NCBI GenBank assembly: GCA_976551045.1
Contig: CDPCPM010000045.1
Location: 18,476,001 to 18,540,000 of the forward strand
Direction: 5' to 3'
DNA: 64,000 nucleotides
DNA from: Glaucostegus cemiculus
Lineage: Eukaryota
The notes below the pieces were generated by a model, which worked only from the letters and a program-made list of their open reading frames with translations, searched no databases and had not been told where the DNA came from. Both the position numbers and the translations under genes were made by a program. Shown piece by piece: positions 13,433-25,674 of the stretch; positions within the stretch are counted from its first letter, which is position 1; each line of letters opens with the position of its first letter.

Positions 13433-13530
13433 ATGACCCGATAAAAGCTGGTCGGCCTAAAACATTAACTCTGTTTCTCCTCCCTTGGATGCTGCCTCAT
13501 TTGCTGAGGTTTCCAGATGATTCTATTATT
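13433..13530 (+). mobile_element. Penelope-type terminal repeat fragment, inverted relative to the preceding copy
   Basis: 'cctaaaacattaactctgtttctcctcccttggatgctgcctcatttgctgaggtttccag'. Confidence 0.7.
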
Positions 13531-13781
13531 ATGACTGTTCCTGTTTACATTTACGTGATGAGTAATTTCCAAATATTATGGGCTCCTGTGCAATGCAAAC
13601 TCGTGGTGGGCAATGGACTGCAATGTATGCTCCTGATTTGCAGAGCGTGTTCTGTTCAATGTGCGCGAAGAGTGTGCTGAGCATAGTGCGGGATATGAGC
13701 TTTTGCTTTGGTTTCCTTCAGCAGGTTCTAGTTTTGTTTGTTGAGTGGTGACTGACCATTTCTGATCTGTATTGCTTGCAG

Positions 13782-13941
13782 CTCTCGGCAGAGCGGTGGC
13801 AAAGTGAGGCACAAACGACAGGCTCTTCAGGACATGGCTCGACCTTTGAAACAGTGGCTTTACAAGCACCGGGACAACCCGTACCCCACTAAAACGGAGA
13901 AGATTCTGCTGGCCCTTGGATCCCAGATGACCCTGGTACAA
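13782..13941 (+). CDS. MKX: Mohawk homeobox, coding exon 2 (TALE homeodomain helices 1-2: SRQSGGKVRHKRQALQDMARPLKQWLYKHRDNPYPTKTEKILLALGSQMTLVQ)
   Basis: Acceptor ttgcag|, donor CAA|gtaagg; 160 nt. Contains the TALE PYP motif. Absent from the ORF track; translated by hand. Confidence 0.98.
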
Positions 13942-15319
13942 GTAAGGTGCTTTTGTTTTCACTGAACAACACACGTTCTCGCCCGGATTTCTGCCGTTCC
14001 TGAATATATCTCAGAATTACCCAATCGTGCCTACAGTAAAAAAAAACGTTCAAATTCGCTGCCTTCGTCATCTATGAGGAAGTCTGACTTTATCATGGAT
14101 AAACCCTATTCCGAGAGCCCCTTTCCCCAATCCGCATTAAATATACCGCAGGTAAAAGACAATTACAGTTGTAGGTACACTGAAAGCGGAGCCTTGTCGA
14201 ACGGGGAAATGCACCTCGTTCTCCAGGATTAAATGCCCATAGTGCACTGACACCGCGAGGTTTAATATTACATTGCCATTAATTAAGACATTCATTTTGA
14301 ATCGCAATCAAACCTCCCAGTTAAGAGGTGTTGATGTGTTGAACACACTGTCCCATCAGAAATTGGAATAATCCAACCAGTGTTCATAGATGATCCCGTC
14401 TAACCAAGGCACAAAGTACGGGAGACAATCCGTTTATTTCCAACATTAGAAGTAAATTTATGACCTTCAACATCATTTTCACACAAAATAGTTAAGCGAA
14501 AAGCTCCGGCTCAGTACAGGCGAACCCCCTCAGTAACTCGGTGTGTATGTATCTGGCAGCTTTACCCTCAGAATTCCTGTGCAATTTAATTCCGATCTAC
14601 TTTATCCGAACAACTCCTTATGCTGACAACTCGAGAGGTTGTTCCAGTGTAGCAAATTCTGGTCAATTTATATTTCTGCTCTTTGGTTCGCGCATTCATG
14701 GCAAATATTGAATCTTACTCCAAAAAATATGAATAGAATCCGGAGAAGTCGACTGTAACAGAATTTGCGCCCCATTCATTGTGCTTTGAATTGAATCATT
14801 TTTAAGGATTTGCTTAAAACCCGTTGTTTCAATACCCCGTAATCTGCCTATCACTGCTGTTTAACGTGTGATTTTACTAACCTCTCAATGGATAATAGAA
14901 TTACTCCGCTTTTCATGCGATACTGAATGAGATGTTTTTCGATCAATTTACTATTCCGGTCTGTGATTAGATTTATTTTAATACAGAAAATCATGCTGAA
15001 ACGATCCCGCTGCAAAACTTTGCATTTGCCGTGGGGATTACAGCTGAGAATGCACCCGTTGTGTTTTTTAAAGTGCTTTTTCCAGCTGCGGTTCGGGAGC
15101 TGAATAATAGCAGCTACAGTGTTGCACTAAAATATTGTTACGCAGAAATATTCGCTCCAACGTCACAACTGTTTTGTTACATTTGTGCAGAGATTTGAAA
15201 CAAGCTCCCACCAATCCATAGGAGGTTTTATCATGCAACTGAAATTAAACTGAATGTGACCATCTCTACCAGGAGGTATACTGTCGGCTGTACAAGTATA
15301 ACAAAATAACTCAACAAAG

Positions 15320-15440
15320 CAAAATCGGAGCAGGCCATTCGGCCCTCTCGCTCCTGCTCTGCCAAGATCACGGCTGACCCTTTATCTCAGCGCCATTTCC
15401 CTGCACCAACCCCAGTCCCTTGAATCCGCTAATATCCAAT
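15320..15440 (-). mobile_element. CR1-type 3' tail fragment
   Basis: 'ggagcaggccattcggccctctcgctcctgctctgccaagatcacggctga' matches the tail at 63393-63455 and, reversed, the tail at 21340-21410. Confidence 0.6.
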
Positions 15441-18278
15441 TGGATAGTATGTGAATGTAATCATACTGTGGGCGTTTTATAAGTACCCGTGACAGAGCAA
15501 CACTTCATTAGAAAAAACATCTAATTACTTTTATAAGTGCATGGCAAAAACAGACACCTTGGATGGTTAATATTGTTGGTTTAGTTTGCACTGACAGTGG
15601 TAAGAACGAGTGTGCAGAAGTTTGAATCCCATTCACGTCCTTTAGTTTATCCTCCTTTCAATCAATCCCCTCTCCCTTGAGCAAGAAGCACTGCCCACTT
15701 GCCTGCTCCTACTGCGATTGCATCTCATTGACACCTTTAGTTTCCCCCCACTGACCTGGAATATGAGACGATTATTCGAAAGAAGACGTCACCCGATCCG
15801 ATGGGTCCCTTCCTTAGCCGTGGACCCTTTCATCTCTGACATCCCCTTGACAGAGATGCGGCTCCTCTCGATGAGTTTACGCGCGACACAGGGTTAAGGC
15901 AGCATCTTCATGGGGCAATAGCAAATATGTTTTTCGTGGGTCGCAAAAAGCTTCAAGACAAACCTATCTTTGGTAGAAGAAAGGAATTCTGCGTAGTTGT
16001 ATTTCAGAAACCAATCTGTTACAACGTTGCTCGGATTATCTCCCGGTTGAATAATCTGGAGAAATATTTCTATTCCTAAATGAAAGGGTGTACCGCAGTC
16101 TGCAGCTCTGCTCATTTCTGTCCCATTGCTGTCAATCGTTACAGAGTTGCCCCCGATATCCCACACCAGGAGTTCCTCACCTGCCTCACCCCAGTCCCAC
16201 CTCACCCCAACCCCAACCCCCACCTCCTAGCGGACCCCGCTGAGAATGCGGGATCAACTCATGTTTCAATGTTGATAAATCATCATCATCCAGCATCAGG
16301 CGGCGTGGGGAAATTCAAAGAGGGGCGATGGTCATTATTCCCGTTTATTGACGATTTACTTACACAGGAAAGGCACGTAGCAATAAAATAAAAATGTGAA
16401 GGCAAAGTTCCTGTAAAAGCAAGGAATCAAAACAGGCAAAGATAAACACAGAACCTCGCTGTGGGTAATTCCTATAGCAGAAAATATCTTGGAGGAAATC
16501 TAATGTTCACCAGTGAAAGAATTATTTAATAACCTTGTAACTGTCGCTCTCGATGGTTGTACTAATTTATCTTTTAATGCAATGCTTCACGCACGTCAAT
16601 CTTTATAATTCCCTTTTTTTAAGCGCTCGGTTCGAAGAATAAGAGGGCATTTTATTAGAGCACAATTGCTTTGAAATTGGTAGCTTTGGATACTTCCACG
16701 CAGTGCCTCCCGCAGTATTCTTTGCTTTCCCCCATCTTCATCTCGACTCACATCTAAACCTGCTTCACACCCGCACAGCCGCTCAACAACCCGTGAGAAA
16801 CAAAAGTCTTCAACCCGCACTAATGCAGAAGTCTCAGCAACCCGTGTTGATTTTCCAAAACACAGGTTTCTCTGAGGGCTAATCATCGTTGGCTTTCTGC
16901 ATCTCCCCACTCACCCATCATCTTTCCGTTCGAGGTCTTTTGACAGCCGTTAATTAAAACCAAACCCATTTAGTACCTTCATTATTACATTTCTTTCAGC
17001 TAACTTTAAATTTCTCTGTCCCACCCCTACAGGATATTAATTCAATTTTTTTTTATTACTTGCAATAATTCAGAAGGCCCAGAATGGATTGTGTGGAACA
17101 ATTTCCATTTGGCTGTATTTTGTTTCACCTCCTCTTGGTAAAAGTCACCTGCCACTGACTGTGATTAACACAGGTGGTGCCCTGTGTGAATATTTTTATG
17201 AGATTCTTCACTTGTTAGCTAATTAGCTATTCACCATATTTTTTTTTGTTTTGATGCAACACAGCTTTGCTCAATATCAATACAGTATGGTTTGTGCAGG
17301 AAACAATTTACTCAGACCCACAATTGAGTAATATATTATGTCAGAAATAAAGAATGGTAAATATATATCTCAATTTTAACCCAAAACTAATCTGAATGCT
17401 ATTACTTTTAATATTGTTTATTCATTCTTCGGGTCAAAATGCTGTTTTGTACTTAAAAGGCACCAGTTACTCTCCTGATCTTCTTTAATTGTAGCAAATT
17501 TACCATTTTTCTTTTCTAAAATTATTAATTTTATTGTATCCTGGGCCAACTATTTTCAATAACATTTCAGTTTCTTGTAACTTGTAAAGGACCTTACAGA
17601 AATGAATTTCATAACAACTGTAGCCAGGTCCCAGATTTGCTTGGATTTTTTTGAGCTCAGAACTTCTTCCAATTGGCAAGACAGTGCAGATTGTTGGCTA
17701 GCTGAACTTGTTTGCTCCCCCAGTGACCACAATCAGCATGAAGCCTTCCCTGCCACGTTCTACTGTACTATCTGCATGGAGCTCAAAGCAAATTCTGGGT
17801 ATAATGAGCAGCCAAGTAAAAAAAAACCTCAGAGCATCAACATATGGTGCCATGAAATCTTATCTGTTTCACTCCACTCATTTATTTTAACCATTTCATT
17901 CATAGGGCAATAGCATTAAGTTAGATGCATATAAAATTCCCACACCTAGAAGTTGAGAGGTAAAAAGCCTTTGTGAGAAAGGTTGTTGAGATGTGAGCTG
18001 AAATTGTGCTGTTATTTTGGACCATTGCAGCAGCACAATGATTAATGGGCTGTTTTGTTCTCTATGATCAGCTTCAGATGGAAAACGCATGTTTTAAGGA
18101 AGCTGCAGTCAAAATGATTGTATTTCACTTTCTTAAAAATCCAGAATAAAACCTTGAGTTTGTGGGTTTTGTGGATCTTGAGTTTGAGATTCAAAATCTT
18201 GAATTTTTCACCGAGATTTTTGGAGGACTTGTGGTCAAATAGCTATTTGTTTTAAAAAAATGTATGTTTTTCTAATAG

Positions 18279-18432
18279 GTTTCCAACTGGTTTGCAAATG
18301 CCAGGCGCCGCCTAAAGAATACTGTTCGACAACCAGATTTGAGCTGGGCATTACGAATAAAATTATACAACAAGTACGTGCAGGGCAATGCAGAACGACT
18401 CAGCATTAGCAGTGATGACACATGTTCAGAAG
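18279..18432 (+). CDS. MKX: Mohawk homeobox, coding exon 3 (VSNWFANARRRLKNTVRQPDLSWALRIKLYNKYVQGNAERLSISSDDTCSE)
   Basis: Recognition helix WFANARRR (Ala50, Irx/Mkx class) plus the first MKX conserved box. Acceptor taatag|, donor G|gtatgg; 154 nt. Confidence 0.98.
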
Positions 18433-20669
18433 GTATGGGAAATCAAGAAAGTCTTCTGAGTTCTATATTCTTTTGCATCATGTCTTATTATTATTTGGCA
18501 CTGCCTTATTACAGAATGTTCTGTTATTTATGGATACAGGAGTCAATCTACAGTCCAACAAGTGCTGTGCTCTCTGAAGGGAAACTAAAATAAAACATGA
18601 GGCCAAAGTGCTACATGTCCAACATAACTTGATGTGCAGTTGAACTCAAGTGAATTTTTAAAGGTGTCTGAGACATTTTTGGCAAATGATCTATAAGTTC
18701 CTTTGTTTTTGACATATGTAATTAAAAGTTACACATCTTTGAAATAGTTAAACAAGAGTGCATTATACATAATTAAAAGTTTTCAAGAAACATCCTTTGA
18801 AGGAGCAGTTGCAAAACAAAATAATTTGTAAGGCCCCAATTCAAGCAGACATTTTTCTTTCCCTTAAATATAGTGAGAAAGTAGATGAGAACAGGCTGCT
18901 AAACAAGACCAATAAAAAGTGTAGCAGACCCACGATTAGGATTTACCACCAGTCAGACTTAAGCAAAAAAAATCAAAAGAAGAAGTTCCCTAAAGTCAAT
19001 CAAAAGAAAATTGTGATTTTTTTTTTGCTGTGGAAACGGAAGGGAATATGAAAGCTGTTTACAGGCAGGAATGATGAATTAATTGTTGATAGGAATGATA
19101 AGATTTCTAAATTTCAACAGACTATAGTTAAAAATCATGAAAGATGGATGCCTGTTTGTAGTCCCATAATTAATCTAATGGTTTCCTATGAGAGTCCCAA
19201 ATGCTCTTGGAGACTCAAAATCCTAGTAGCAACCTTGTCCCAATATCACTTGTCAACCATATCTAGGTCTGCCCCCATATTGAGACAACTATGATTACAG
19301 TGTGTTAGCTATTTAGTTACCTGTTTGCTATCAATTGCAGGACTCATTATTATGTCCTGTACACTGACATAATTAAATAGGTAGGATGTACATCACATTT
19401 CCACCATCTTAAGTCCTTTCTTTTCCTATCAGGTAAGGCTAATATTTTTCACCCGTGCCTTGGTGACCTTTTCCAAGTTAATCAACATTTTGACTTTCAA
19501 AGTGACTGAACTGAAGTGTGAATCAGCTGAGCACTTTGCAAGTTTTATTAAGGTAGCTGCTGCTGCAGTTATGACAAGGAGTCTTTTTTTCAGAGTCACT
19601 CAGTAAAGTAACTTTGCACTGAAGAGAGGAGTTGTCATGTGAAGTAGGCTGCTGGTTCTAGAACTGATTGATCAGATTTACCTGAAGCTAAACCATGAAG
19701 GCACTGGTCAGGCTGTTGGATTAGAGCTCCTACAGGAAGCTAAACTTCCTGTGTCAGAAACTATGCTCAGGAGGGGCAACCAGTAGAAGTGTGTTGACTT
19801 TGGAATTTTAATAGCAGTTAATAGTCGATTTAGTCTGAAAGAAAAGGCATGTATTAACCCATTGTTAGCAGATTTTACCTAATGTGATGGCAGCAATAAA
19901 TGCCTTATTGTCTCTTGGAGTTATTTACTGAGCCCAACTGTTCTGGGTTTCCACTTAACGAGTTATTCTTTCTATGCAAGTCTGGACAGGATAAATTGGT
20001 ACAATAACAAATTGTGCAGAGCACCATAGTCTCGTTGTATTCAACGATCACCCTGTGATTCAATTTATTAGCAATGGAGCAATTGGTGGAATTGGTTCAA
20101 GTGAACAGAAAGGAGGACTTGCAGGCAAGATAAATTTACAGAGTAAGGCAGGAGATGGGATAGAATCCAGCAAAAGAGATTAGTTCAGCACTAAGTCAGC
20201 AAGGAGCATTAGGAGAGCTTGATCCAGTGAAGGGGAGGGAAGAAATGAAGCAACAGGGGCAGCTGAACCATCATCCTGATTTTTGTGACAACTGTGTACA
20301 TGAGCTCCTCACACTTGTTGTTAGAGATGAGAGTGGACAAAAGAAGACAGGATATTTAAGAAGACAATTTGAGGTGAAGAGGGACAACTGAATGACCTGT
20401 GGATAATGATTATGTTTCACTATGGAGACCAGGGGCCCAATAATGTTGGGTTAGGGTTAGTTAAACCAATTTTTAAGCAGGATATTCAAATCTCTATCTG
20501 TTTGACCCTTATTATACAGAAACAAGCAATCACCTGGAGTTATAATAATCATAAAGGTTTTATGGGGATAAGGCCATCACGGGTCAGACCAGACAGGTTG
20601 TTTTGTAGAGTTTTACTCCCGTGACATTGTGGATGGTGATTATTTGTATAATTCCATTGTTCCAATTGG

Positions 20670-21425
20670 AGTGAGACTGCAAATAGTTGAGGTTCAGAGG
20701 CATCTAGGTATTCTAGTGCATGAATCACAAAAGGTTAGAGAGGAAATAATTAAGAAGCAAATGGCATGTTGGTCTTTATTGTGAAGGGGTTGGAGTTTAT
20801 GAATAGAGAGACTTTGTTACAGTTGTCCAGAATGTTGGTAAGGCCACACCAGGAATAATGTGCACATTTTTGTTCCCCTTACCTTGTACAGAAAATAGTA
20901 TAATTGGAGACAGTCCAAAGGAGATTCGCCAGGCTAATTCCTGGGATGAGAGGGTTACCCCATCAAGAGAGGCTAGACAGCTTGGGTCAGTATACCTTGG
21001 AGATTAGAAGAATGATGGGTGACCTTTTTCAAACATAAGATCCAAAAGGGAGGTGAAAGCATAAATGTTGAGATGTTTTCACTAGTGTGAGAGTCATGAA
21101 CAAGGGGACAATTTGAGCTGAAGAAAGGAAAAGTTCAAAATAAGAGTCCGGTCATTTAAAACTGAGGAGAGTAGCAGCAACTTCTTTCAGAGTGTAGTGA
21201 ATCGCTGGAATTCTTTGCCCCAGAGGATATTGGATGTCAGATCATTAGATATATTTAAGGTGAAGACAGACAAATATTTGGAAAATCAAGGAGATGATGT
21301 TTATGGAGAACTGGCAGGGGAGAGGAGTGAGACCAGCATAGATCAGACATGTTCATACTGAATGGAGGTGCAGGCTTGAGGGGTCTAGTGGTCTATTCCT
21401 CCTCCTATTTCCTTGCATTTTTGTG
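20670..21425 (+). mobile_element. 5'-truncated CR1 LINE (ORF2 C-terminal part plus tail), decayed
   Basis: Translates patchily to EVQRxLGILVHESQK and LVRPHxExxAHFxSPY, like 55282-55497. Tail 'ggtctattcctcctcctatttcc'. Confidence 0.8.
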
Positions 21426-22639
21426 TTCTCATTCATGTTAATAAAAAAGTCAAATTCAAAATATCACAGTAGGACAAATACAAACAGCATTTTCCAAAGC
21501 CCTCTCCAAATAGGTGGCTGCCAACAAATGTGATGCTGTTCACTTCCTGCTGGTGATTCTGCCTCTTCTAAAGTGGTTGATTGACCCGTGGATGGAAAAC
21601 CAGCAAAATTTTTGGCAGAACTGGTTGATATATGATGTGTTACCATCTACCCTTCAGTGAATGTTAATAACGACGTTGAGAAACGTTGATCAAAACAAAA
21701 AAGTTTTTGCCGCTGGCTTTGGACCCGTGAAATCAATAGATTGGATGAGGTGGCCTATTTTATGCCAGAGAGTATTTTCTCCAATCGCACTGAGGTGTGG
21801 CCAGGCTGTTAGTCAGAGTTTGTTGATTGGAACAAGAGAATAGGAGTTGGCAGAAGCACAGAACTGCAGCAGCTGCACTTCAGTGTTCTACGTCTACCCC
21901 ATAAGTCTGTGCAGAACTGCAGCAGTGAAGTAGGAATTTAAATTAGACCATTTTTAGGACATACTTTAATGTAGTTTATGATTATTGCTTGAGACTCATA
22001 CCCCTGCTGTTCTCCCCACTGTTACTCTCAGTTGCATTGCATTGGATAAGTTCAAATGCAGAATTGCCTGCTTGAACAAAGGCAAAGGAATCTCTGATGA
22101 TCGTATCTCTACACATATTACTTCTTTTCTGCTTCACTGATCACTGTCAGATTTATGAAATGCTTGCCCTAGTCACCACCTCTTCCACCTATGTTAACAT
22201 TGTTAAGCTAACAATAGAATTAAGCCACATTTGAAAACAACAATTAATTAAAACCCATTGGCAAGGCCAGGAGTTGTAAAGTGAGTCTGGCATTCCATAC
22301 AGATGTTTTAATGAAGATGTCAAAATGTAAACAAAGAACATTTAAAAGAAAATTAATATATTTTTATGACTGGAAATTTGAATAAGTAATTTCTGTTGGT
22401 GACATTGTTTCTTAATGGTAACTAGATACCTATGAATGTGTTTTCAACTTCAGCAACATGAGTATGCTACATTTATCTTGGCTGGAAATTAATGATGATA
22501 TTATATATGCATAAGTAATGCAAGTAACCTAACAAAAAGTCCTACCCTAAATCTAAAATATATCTGTTTCAGAATTGTATAAAATTTTAGGAAGTGGAAA
22601 TTTCACACGAAATGTATTTTAGCTCAGAAAATATTATGA

Positions 22640-24900
22640 CAATTCTGAGTTAACAATATCTCTCTATGACTGGAGGAGAACTTTGCAGAAGAGGTGGAAG
22701 TGGGATCCTGGGTGGTTATGCTCCATTTAGATACCAACAGTATAAGTAGAACTAGTAAAGAGGTTCTGCTGAGAGAGTTTGAAGATCAATGGTCAAAATG
22801 GTAATAATCCCTCAATTGTGTATGAATTGATTTGGACAAGGGGATCAAAAAGTTAAACTTTAAATGTGTGATGAAAGTACGGTGTGGACATAAGTGAGTT
22901 CAATTCAATCAGCATTAGCACTAATATGGAATAGAAATCGGAAGGTCTCCACTTAAGGAAGGCTGACCTGGTATCCCGACTAATTCAAGGTGGAGGGGAC
23001 TTTAGACCAATGAAATAGGAGTGTCAGGAAAAGATAAGTTTAAAATAAAATCAATCTTGCAAAGCAGGTAAAAATAAAAGTTGATTAGATTGGAATAGGT
23101 GGATTGGGGGTCTTAAGAACAAGAAATGCTGTGCCCTTTTCTTGTCTGATTGGGATGGTATAGGGATTAGGTCTAGCAACTATGTATAAAACATTCATAA
23201 TGAAACAGATGATTTTTTTTAACACAGAATTAAATGTTTTACATCTTATAGCAATAGTAGAGATGTGATTGAGAATGGCTGGGAATTAATATTCCATGAT
23301 AGATGACTTACAGAAGAGGTAGGAAAATTCAAAACACAGTGGAGGAGGTGATGATAAAGGATTGGATTAAAGCAGCTGAATGAATCTTTGCTTGGAAAGT
23401 TACAATATCATTTGGGGAAAGCTGAAAAAGCACTGGTGGCGTGACATTTTTTGGCCTCTTCACAGTGATTGTAGTATTAGGCAAAAAAAAACTTTAATCC
23501 AAACATATAATAGGTCTTGATCCTTTAATAAAGTGGGAAAACCAAATTTACTGTAATGTTTGAGACGGTGAGTTCATATAACGTGTTCAAGATAGTTTTC
23601 CCATTAGTTATGCAAAGGAAGCTACAAAGGAACAGGCTACTTTATATGTAATATTGTGTGGTGAGACCTGATCAATTAACAGTAACAGAGGCTCTGCAGA
23701 AGTGTGACCGTGAAATGATAGAATATTATATTTAGTTTTAATGTTATTTAATCACATCAGAAACTAGCATTTTTAAATCCGAGCAAAGCAAACACAAAAG
23801 GTATTAGTGAAGTACAAGGTAGATTGGAAAACAAGCTTTAAAAAAAACCAGATAAACAAAGGCAAAGATTGAAGGAATAATTCATAACTTACAAGAAATG
23901 TCCATTCCCTCAACAAATAAAATCCTACTGGAAAATTGGTCTGATCATAGCTAACAAGAGATATTAAAGATGGTTGAGACTATAGGAATAGGCTTAGAAG
24001 GTTGCCAAAAAGTAGTAAGCTAAAGGACTGACAGTATGAGAGTAAACTAGCAAGAGACATAAAAACAGATTTTAAAAGCTTATACAGATACTGAAAAACT
24101 TGAGATTAGCCAAAGTAAGCATATGCCCCTGAGAGCCAGAGACAGTACAAATTATAATAAAGAAATTACAGACATTGAACAAATACATTGTATCTGTGTA
24201 TCCGTAGAAAGTACTGATAATGTTTGGAGAAACCAAGGGATTGGTGAGAGAGAGGAATGTAAAGAATTTAATATTAATAAAGAAATACCCAGCAAATCAT
24301 TTGGATCTGATGGCCCACATCAGGGGGTTTTAAAAGACGTAGGTGCAGAGATAATGGCTACACTTTGAATTTCCAAATCCCCTGTACTTTAGAACAATCC
24401 CCACAGCTGGAAGGAGCAACAGTAACCCCCAAAGGAGGGAGGGAGGAAACAGGAAACTACTAGCCAGTTTGCCTCAAATCAGTAGAAGCAAAAATGCTAG
24501 AATATATTATTTGGAAATGTGATTGTGTAACAGACACACTTATGGGAAACCATATTTGACAAAGCTGTTAGAGGGTTTTCAAGTTGTAACTAGAATGGTA
24601 GATAAATGAAGTCAATGGATGTGGTGTACTTGATTTTTAGAAGTATTCACTCAGGCAACAAACTGGAATTCTGACACAAAGTTAGGACTCGTGATCAGGG
24701 GAACACGTCAGCTTGAGATGACTATTTGTTAACAAACAGAGGTTGACAGTAGAAGTCAATTGGTCAATTTTAGGGGGGCAGGCAGTGGCTGGGGTGGGGT
24801 GCAGGTGTTGGTAATGCAAGGATTTATACTTCAGCATAAACTGTTCTATCAGTGTTTTAGCTGAGGTGATTAAATGTTTTCACATTTTCTGAAGACACAA
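22640..24900 (+). mobile_element. Old, fragmented near-full-length CR1 LINE (ORF1 esterase, endonuclease and RT remnants)
   Basis: HLDTNSISRTSKEVLLREFE-like segment at about 22725 (compare HVGTNDMGR in 57965-58273). PSKSFGSDGPHQGVLKDV at about 24290. NYxPVxLxSV and MDVVYLIF-like RT pieces follow. Confidence 0.65.
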
Positions 24901-25344
24901 AATAACCAATCATGTAATCTTGATACATAAACAATTATTTTTGTCTCTTCCCAAATGCATTTTATCTGTGTTCTCTGATTACTAATGCTCTGCCAATGGA
25001 AATAGTTTTGTTTTGCTTTACTACAGCTGTTCTTAATGTTAAACCCCTCTACTAATTCCATCCTTAACCTTCCCTACTCTGAGGATAACAACCTTCACTT
25101 CTCTATTCACTTCATTAATTAAATTTTCATATGCTTCCTTCCAAATAAATCTCTCCCGCACCTGTGCTAAAGTGTGGTTCATATCTGTGATTTGTAAAGG
25201 TGTATAACAACTTCTTTGATTTTGTGCTCTATGCCAATGTTTATAAAGCCAAAAATCCCATATATGAAATGCATTTATTTCACTTATAAACCCGACAACA
25301 GGATCTTTAATTTTATTTTACACACTTTATCTTATAAATCTTAG

Positions 25345-25674
25345 ATGCAGAACATCCACCAAGGAATCCTGCAGTTGGAGAGTTCAACAAACCCGTTCAG
25401 GCTGCTGTTAAAAAAGAAAGTCCGATTCTGAAGGCAGTGGGCAGGGCAGGCACAATAATCAGTGAGGATTATGTGTCACCACCAAAGTACAAGAGTAGCT
25501 TGTTACATCGTTACCTAAATGACTCATTGAGGCATGTCATGGCATCAAATGCAGCTATGAAAGCTACAGACAGGAAAAGAAACCATTCTGGATCCTTCAG
25601 CTCCAATGAATATGAAGAAGAATTAGCATCACCTTCTTCATCTGAAGCAGACGGGAACTTTGTGTATCGTACTG
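25345..25674 (+). CDS. MKX: Mohawk homeobox, coding exon 4 (DAEHPPRN...SEDYVSPPKYKSSLLHRYLNDSLRHVM...GNFVYRT)
   Basis: PPKYKSSLLxRYLNDSLRHVM and RNHSGSFSSNE match MKX. Acceptor cttag|, donor G|gtaagg; 330 nt; phase 1-1. Confidence 0.97.

Larger units (their letters stand above)
3700..17000. promoter_or_regulatory. Broad CpG-retaining domain over the MKX promoter and first coding exons
   Basis: By eye, CG dinucleotides are frequent from about 3.7 to 17 kb and scarce beyond about 17 kb. Not computed. Confidence 0.7.

Noticed and set aside
13576-13974. 132-aa minus-strand ORF over the homeobox exon
   Set aside because: Antisense shadow of a conserved coding exon; no recognisable domain and a non-ATG start.
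21859-21925. 14-bp direct repeat CAGAACTGCAGCAG as a TSD or array
   Set aside because: Only two copies about 40 bp apart with no element between them; likely local duplication. No CRISPR-like array anywhere in this eukaryotic window.
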